Shown here: positions 7,125-10,754 of the stretch, in pieces
Numbering within the stretch: position 1 is the first letter of the stretch
Layout of the letters: each line of letters begins with the position of its first letter
DNA from: an uncultured Spirochaetales bacterium
Lineage (GTDB): Bacteria > Spirochaetota > Spirochaetia > SPDA01 > CAZJBZ01
DNA: 10,754 bases
NCBI GenBank assembly: GCA_964543975.1
Contig: CAZJBZ010000137.1
Coordinates: 1-10,754, forward strand
Direction: 5' to 3'
Program-made: the position numbers and the translations under genes
The notes under the pieces: model-generated
The model's input: the letters and a program-made list of their open reading frames with translations, nothing else
What the model was told of the DNA's origin: nothing
Databases searched by the model: none

Positions 7125-8357
7125 ATGAAATTGCGTGAAATTGCATTTAGAAATATACGTAGGAACACCAGAAGGAGCATCCTCTCATTGAGCGCGATTG
7201 CGATAGCTTCTCTCACATTCGTGTTCCTCTTTTCTCTTCTCGGCGGGATGAAGGCCGATCTTGCGGAAAACCTTCACACCTACTACACGGGAGAGGTGAG
7301 GATACGAAATAGTGAATACAGTAAGTACGATTATCTCAATCCGCTTCACCTCAATGTCTCATCACCGGAAGAGGTGATAGAACTGGTAGAAAACAACGCG
7401 GCGGTGGATTTGGTCTCTCCCCGTGTACAATTCGGAACAGGTATTTACCGGGAGGGGAATACTTTTCCGGCAATTGGGATGGGAGTGGATTTTACCCGGG
7501 AGCGAAAGTATCAAGATTTGGAGCGGAATTTGGTCGAGGGGACCGTCCCATCCAACGGCAGGAATGAGGCCCTTATTGCCAAAGGACTATCCGAAGAGAT
7601 CGGAATCGGGGTGGGAGATAAGATGACACTGTTAACAAAAACTATGCGGGGCGGAACGAACGCAATCACCTTGACCGTAACGGGGATTGTCTCGTTTCCC
7701 GTAGCGGGGCTCAACGGAAGACTGTTTTTAGCCCCGCTCGACCGGATGCAGTATTTTCTTCGGATGAATGAGGGGGCCACGGAAATCCTTTTGAAACTTG
7801 CCCCCGAAGAGGAGAGTGCCGAGACCGCCGAGCGGCTTACTGCCGTTTTCAAACGGGCTGGTAGGGAAGAACTCATCGCGGAATCGTGGCGAAACATGAG
7901 CGAAACCTACAGTGCGATACAGATAGGGGACACTGTCTACACCATTATGGCGTTTCTCTTTTTCATATTGGGCAGCACCGTTATTATCAATACGACAATG
8001 ATGGTAGTCTACGAGAGAACAAAGGAGATAGGGACAATCTCGGCAATGGGGATGACCGGACCGGAAATCGTCAAACTGTTTTTTCTGGAAGCTTTTTTTA
8101 TCAGTGTTATCGGTTCGGCCCTCGGAGTCATCCTCGGAATAGGCATAACAATACCTATTGCCCATACGGGATTGAACTTTGGAGATGCGATGGAAGGGGT
8201 GGACATGGAGATGTCACCTGTTTTTTATCCTGTCCTGAATTTGCGCTCGACGGTTTTCGTCTTTTTCTATTCGACAATCGTCGCCTCGCTTGCCTCCTTT
8301 ATCCCTTCCCGCCGGGCCGCCAAAATCGAGCCGGTGGAGGCATTGCGGATGATTTAA
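7125..8357 (+). CDS. ABC transporter permease, FtsX/MacB-fold (LolC/LolE-like), paralog 2
   Basis: N-terminus EIAFRNIRRNTRRSILSLSAIAIASLTFVFL gives the same architecture as the upstream permease. The C-terminal FtsX module is AFLFFILGSTVIINTTMMVVYERTKEIGTISAMGM.... RBS AGGAGG lies 7 nt upstream of the ATG at 7125. Confidence 0.9.
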   Translation: MKLREIAFRNIRRNTRRSILSLSAIAIASLTFVFLFSLLGGMKADLAENLHTYYTGEVRIRNSEYSKYDYLNPLHLNVSSPEEVIELVENNAAVDLVSPRVQFGTGIYREGNTFPAIGMGVDFTRERKYQDLERNLVEGTVPSNGRNEALIAKGLSEEIGIGVGDKMTLLTKTMRGGTNAITLTVTGIVSFPVAGLNGRLFLAPLDRMQYFLRMNEGATEILLKLAPEEESAETAERLTAVFKRAGREELIAESWRNMSETYSAIQIGDTVYTIMAFLFFILGSTVIINTTMMVVYERTKEIGTISAMGMTGPEIVKLFFLEAFFISVIGSALGVILGIGITIPIAHTGLNFGDAMEGVDMEMSPVFYPVLNLRSTVFVFFYSTIVASLASFIPSRRAAKIEPVEALRMI

Positions 8358-8393
8358 CGCCACAGAGATAATTGCAATAAGGAGTAAAAAAGA

Positions 8394-9173
8394 ATGAAAC
8401 GACGAAATATGATACAATCCACGAGAGCACACATGAATCTCAGCCGCATCCTGTTGGCTGCGGCTTTTTTTGTCATCGCTGCAGGCGCCGTGTGGGCGCA
8501 GGATGTTGACCGGATACTTGAACGCATGGAAGGGAACAGGATCCACGAAACGTCCCGCTCTGAAGGGAAGATGATCATCGAAGACCGTTTCGGTAAGAAG
8601 GTCAGTACGTTTATCTCGTACAGCAGGGGTGCGGAAGAGAGTCTTGTCGAGTTCACTTCAAAACAGGAGCAGGGGCAAAAAATACTGCGTACCGAAGATG
8701 AAATCTACCTCTACTATCCTGACGCGGAAGAGATAATCCGGATGCAGGGTTCGGCACTGCGTGAATCGGTCTTGGGCTCCGATTTCTCATACGAGGACAT
8801 GACGGGGGAAAAGAGTATCCTCGACACCTTCGAGCCGAAACTCCTTGGAACGGAAACGATAGATGGGCACGATTGCTATAAGATCGAGCTAAAGGCGAAA
8901 ACACGGAATGTACCCTATCCTAAAGAGATTGTCTGGGTCGATAAAGATCGATATATCGCGTGGCAGGTGCATAAGTTTTCCCTCTCCGGAAAGCTTCTGA
9001 AAGAGATGACGGTCCATGAGGTAAAGGAGGTGAAGGGTAAAGTAATTCCCACCCACATGACGATGGTCGATACCATGAAAAAGAACTCAAGTACCGAACT
9101 GATCATTGAAGAGATGAAAATCAATGTCTCACTCGATCCTTCTCTCTTCTCATTGGAGGAGCTTACATGGTGA
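8394..9173 (+). CDS. Secreted periplasmic protein resembling the LolA-fold 'outer-membrane lipoprotein-sorting protein' family
   Basis: Signal peptide MNLSRILLAAAFFVIAAGAVWA|QD has no lipobox Cys. The mature part is about 225 aa, beta-rich, with motifs I associate with LolA-like/DUF-type lipoprotein-sorting proteins (RFGKK..., GSDFSYEDM, IDGHDCYKIELKAK, VWVDKDRYIAWQVHKF). RBS AAGGAG lies 7 nt upstream of ATG 8394. A possible alternative start is ATG 8433. The family assignment comes from memory of motif patterns and needs an HMM check. Confidence 0.65.
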   Translation: MKRRNMIQSTRAHMNLSRILLAAAFFVIAAGAVWAQDVDRILERMEGNRIHETSRSEGKMIIEDRFGKKVSTFISYSRGAEESLVEFTSKQEQGQKILRTEDEIYLYYPDAEEIIRMQGSALRESVLGSDFSYEDMTGEKSILDTFEPKLLGTETIDGHDCYKIELKAKTRNVPYPKEIVWVDKDRYIAWQVHKFSLSGKLLKEMTVHEVKEVKGKVIPTHMTMVDTMKKNSSTELIIEEMKINVSLDPSLFSLEELTW

Positions 9174-10453
9174 GAGGAAGCTTCTTTCGAGCACCTTGCC
9201 GTGCCGTACTCTGCGGTTTCTTCTTATTGTTTTTCGCCGGTCACGGGTTCGCGGAAAATGTTGTCTCCGTCGATCTTCGACCCATGCTCTCATTAGCAAG
9301 AACACCGGAAAACGATGGGAGTGAGTGGCTCTTTACCGCTCTTGGTGATGCAGGCGTTACCTTTTCCTCGAGAGGCAATAAGAATGTTAAGGCGGAGCTT
9401 GACTTGGACCTGACGGTAGGGCAAAACGTCCTCTTTGATGTTTCTCGTGCCTATATCAAGGTGCGGTTCCCCTGGTTCAGGTCGGTCCTGGGTAAAAACC
9501 GGATTTCCTGGGGCGAAGGGGTGATGTTCAACGCCGGCGACTTGATCGCCCCATCTTCCGGTTTCTCAACAGATTTGACACAGAGTGTTTTTCACGATGC
9601 CGGAGTCTGGATGGTTGAAGGATACATTCCGTTAGGCCGTTTCGCTTTTGCGGAGATCGTGGTGCTTCCGCCTGTCCCCACTTTGTTCCCTGTCGAATTG
9701 ACTACCGCATTGAGCCAAGCCGTGTCCGGGGTGCCCGGCGAGGCCGACGGAACACCTCCTCCAGAATCGGTGGCCGGTCTTACCCTCCCCTCAATAGAAG
9801 AAACAGCGTTGGGCGGAAGGATCTACCTGAAACCGCTGGGCATAAAGACCGAGGCGGGATATCTTTTCGAAGGCGCACAAGAAGCAGTCAATATGAAGCA
9901 TCGGCCCTACCTCAGTCTGCAGTGGCATCTACTGGTCGATTGGCAGGTTTCCGCATCAACGATCATTCCTGGTGAAGCGAGCGAAGGAAAAGAGTTATCT
10001 GAGGAGGCGTGGGAGAATACTGAAATAAGCTGGGGCCTCTTTCACATGCACAATTTTCGTCGCGGCGGTTCAATATCCTTACGTCTGGAGAGTACGGTCC
10101 GGCCGGCCGGTTCGTGGGAGCCGATAGAACACTCGGTCGAAAACGGTACCGTCACTGCGATCGAAGGGCCCGAGGAAACGGAGTCGGGGGAGCGAAGCGG
10201 AGAACAATACGGTATCCTCCTCTATCCTGAGGTCGTCATAAGCCCGACTTCCTCGCTTTCGTTCATCGGACGGAGTGTCTTTTCTCCTATTGATGCCTCC
10301 GGTCTGGTTACGGTCGGTACAAGCTGGAATATCTATCAAGGGTTTACCTTGTTGGGTTTCGTTTCCGTTCAAGGAGGCGGCCCGAAAGACCTTTTCGGCT
10401 GGGACAGAGCAGGTGATTTTGCCGTCAACCTGGGAATGGAGTTTACTTTTTAG
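9167..10453 (+). CDS. Putative outer-membrane beta-barrel protein (signal peptide; C-terminal aromatic residue) of unknown function
   Basis: Signal peptide MVRGSFFRAPCRAVLCGFFLLFFAGHGFA|EN. The protein ends ...NLGMEFTF with a terminal Phe, the classic signal recognised by the OMP-assembly machinery. The sequence is rich in alternating hydrophobic/polar stretches and Gly/aromatic residues. Its start overlaps the upstream stop by 7 nt (ATGGTGA), and GGAGGAG lies 5 nt upstream. Confidence 0.6.
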   Translation: MVRGSFFRAPCRAVLCGFFLLFFAGHGFAENVVSVDLRPMLSLARTPENDGSEWLFTALGDAGVTFSSRGNKNVKAELDLDLTVGQNVLFDVSRAYIKVRFPWFRSVLGKNRISWGEGVMFNAGDLIAPSSGFSTDLTQSVFHDAGVWMVEGYIPLGRFAFAEIVVLPPVPTLFPVELTTALSQAVSGVPGEADGTPPPESVAGLTLPSIEETALGGRIYLKPLGIKTEAGYLFEGAQEAVNMKHRPYLSLQWHLLVDWQVSASTIIPGEASEGKELSEEAWENTEISWGLFHMHNFRRGGSISLRLESTVRPAGSWEPIEHSVENGTVTAIEGPEETESGERSGEQYGILLYPEVVISPTSSLSFIGRSVFSPIDASGLVTVGTSWNIYQGFTLLGFVSVQGGGPKDLFGWDRAGDFAVNLGMEFTF

Positions 10454-10633
10454 GCGGTTCCAGAGGCGGTAAAACCGGATTAGTCCGAATCCTCGATACA
10501 AGGGCTCGTATAGATGCTCCGTCGATCAATATAAAATAACAGTTTGTTATATCTTTTCATACCCTATCTATGGTTTTCGCTCATTATACGAATTACTATA
10601 TACCTCAGTTAACGCCTAATAACGAGGTATTGT

Positions 10634-10754
10634 ATGAATCCAAGGATAATCCACTCCCTGAAAAAGAGCATGAGGGTTTTTTCATTCCTACTCTTGATTT
10701 TTATTCCTGCTGTTAGCGGTCTGTCTCAATCGACATCCGAGCCTGCGGAGCGGT
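10634..10754 (+). CDS. Partial (5' end only) gene for a secreted/exported hypothetical protein; it continues beyond the window
   Basis: ATG 10634 is preceded by GAGG (10624-10627) at 6-nt spacing. The open frame runs to the window end without a stop. It translates to MNPRIIHSLKKSMRVFSFLLLIFIPAVSGLSQSTSEPAER, i.e. a positive n-region plus a hydrophobic core, which is signal-peptide-like. A 180-bp AT-rich gap separates it from the upstream operon, suggesting its own promoter. Confidence 0.4.
   Translation, partial: MNPRIIHSLKKSMRVFSFLLLIFIPAVSGLSQSTSEPAER

Noticed and set aside
10454-10500. Short hairpin GGATT-AGTCCG-AATCC after the last operon gene, as a possible terminator
   Set aside because: The stem is only 5 bp and is not followed by a U-rich tract. 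No convincing intrinsic terminator was found at the operon end; termination may be rho-dependent or lie elsewhere.
1-10754. Mobile elements, CRISPR arrays, integrases, toxin-antitoxin or known phage-defence genes
   Set aside because: There are no direct-repeat arrays or terminal inverted repeats, and no transposase, integrase or nuclease-like ORFs. All sizeable ORFs are accounted for by the signalling and transport genes. A CBASS-like reading of the cyclase and Nudix pair was considered. The cyclase is a class III CHASE2 membrane sensor, not a CD-NTase, and no effector is adjacent, so that reading was dropped.

Overview
All nine complete genes and one partial gene lie on the + strand. No rRNA, tRNA, CRISPR or mobile-element signatures are visible. 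(1) 86-2794 encodes a 902-aa membrane sensor: CHASE2 extracellular domain, a three-helix TM bundle, a class III adenylate cyclase catalytic domain and a helical C-terminal tail. It is translationally coupled (2-nt gap) to (2), a 180-aa Nudix hydrolase of ADP-sugar pyrophosphatase type (2797-3339). A 256-bp AT-rich intergenic region follows. It carries a sigma70-like promoter bracketed by a perfect 12-bp inverted repeat. After it comes a seven-gene, overlap-coupled operon (about 3596-10453). Its genes are a YtrA-subfamily GntR regulator, a polytopic SPFH/band-7 protein, a LolD/MacB-like ABC ATPase, two paralogous FtsX-fold (MacB/LolC/E-type) permeases, a secreted LolA-fold 'outer-membrane lipoprotein-sorting'-like protein, and a signal-peptide protein ending in a C-terminal Phe (putative outer-membrane beta-barrel). 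A further secreted-protein gene begins at 10634 and runs off the window. My main hypothesis is that the operon is a self-contained, Lol-like trans-envelope cargo-shuttling system with an SPFH scaffold under a YtrA-type repressor. It has no HlyD/MacA-type adaptor but does have a LolA-fold carrier and a dedicated outer-membrane barrel. All domain calls rest on motifs read directly from the ORF translations; no database search was possible.
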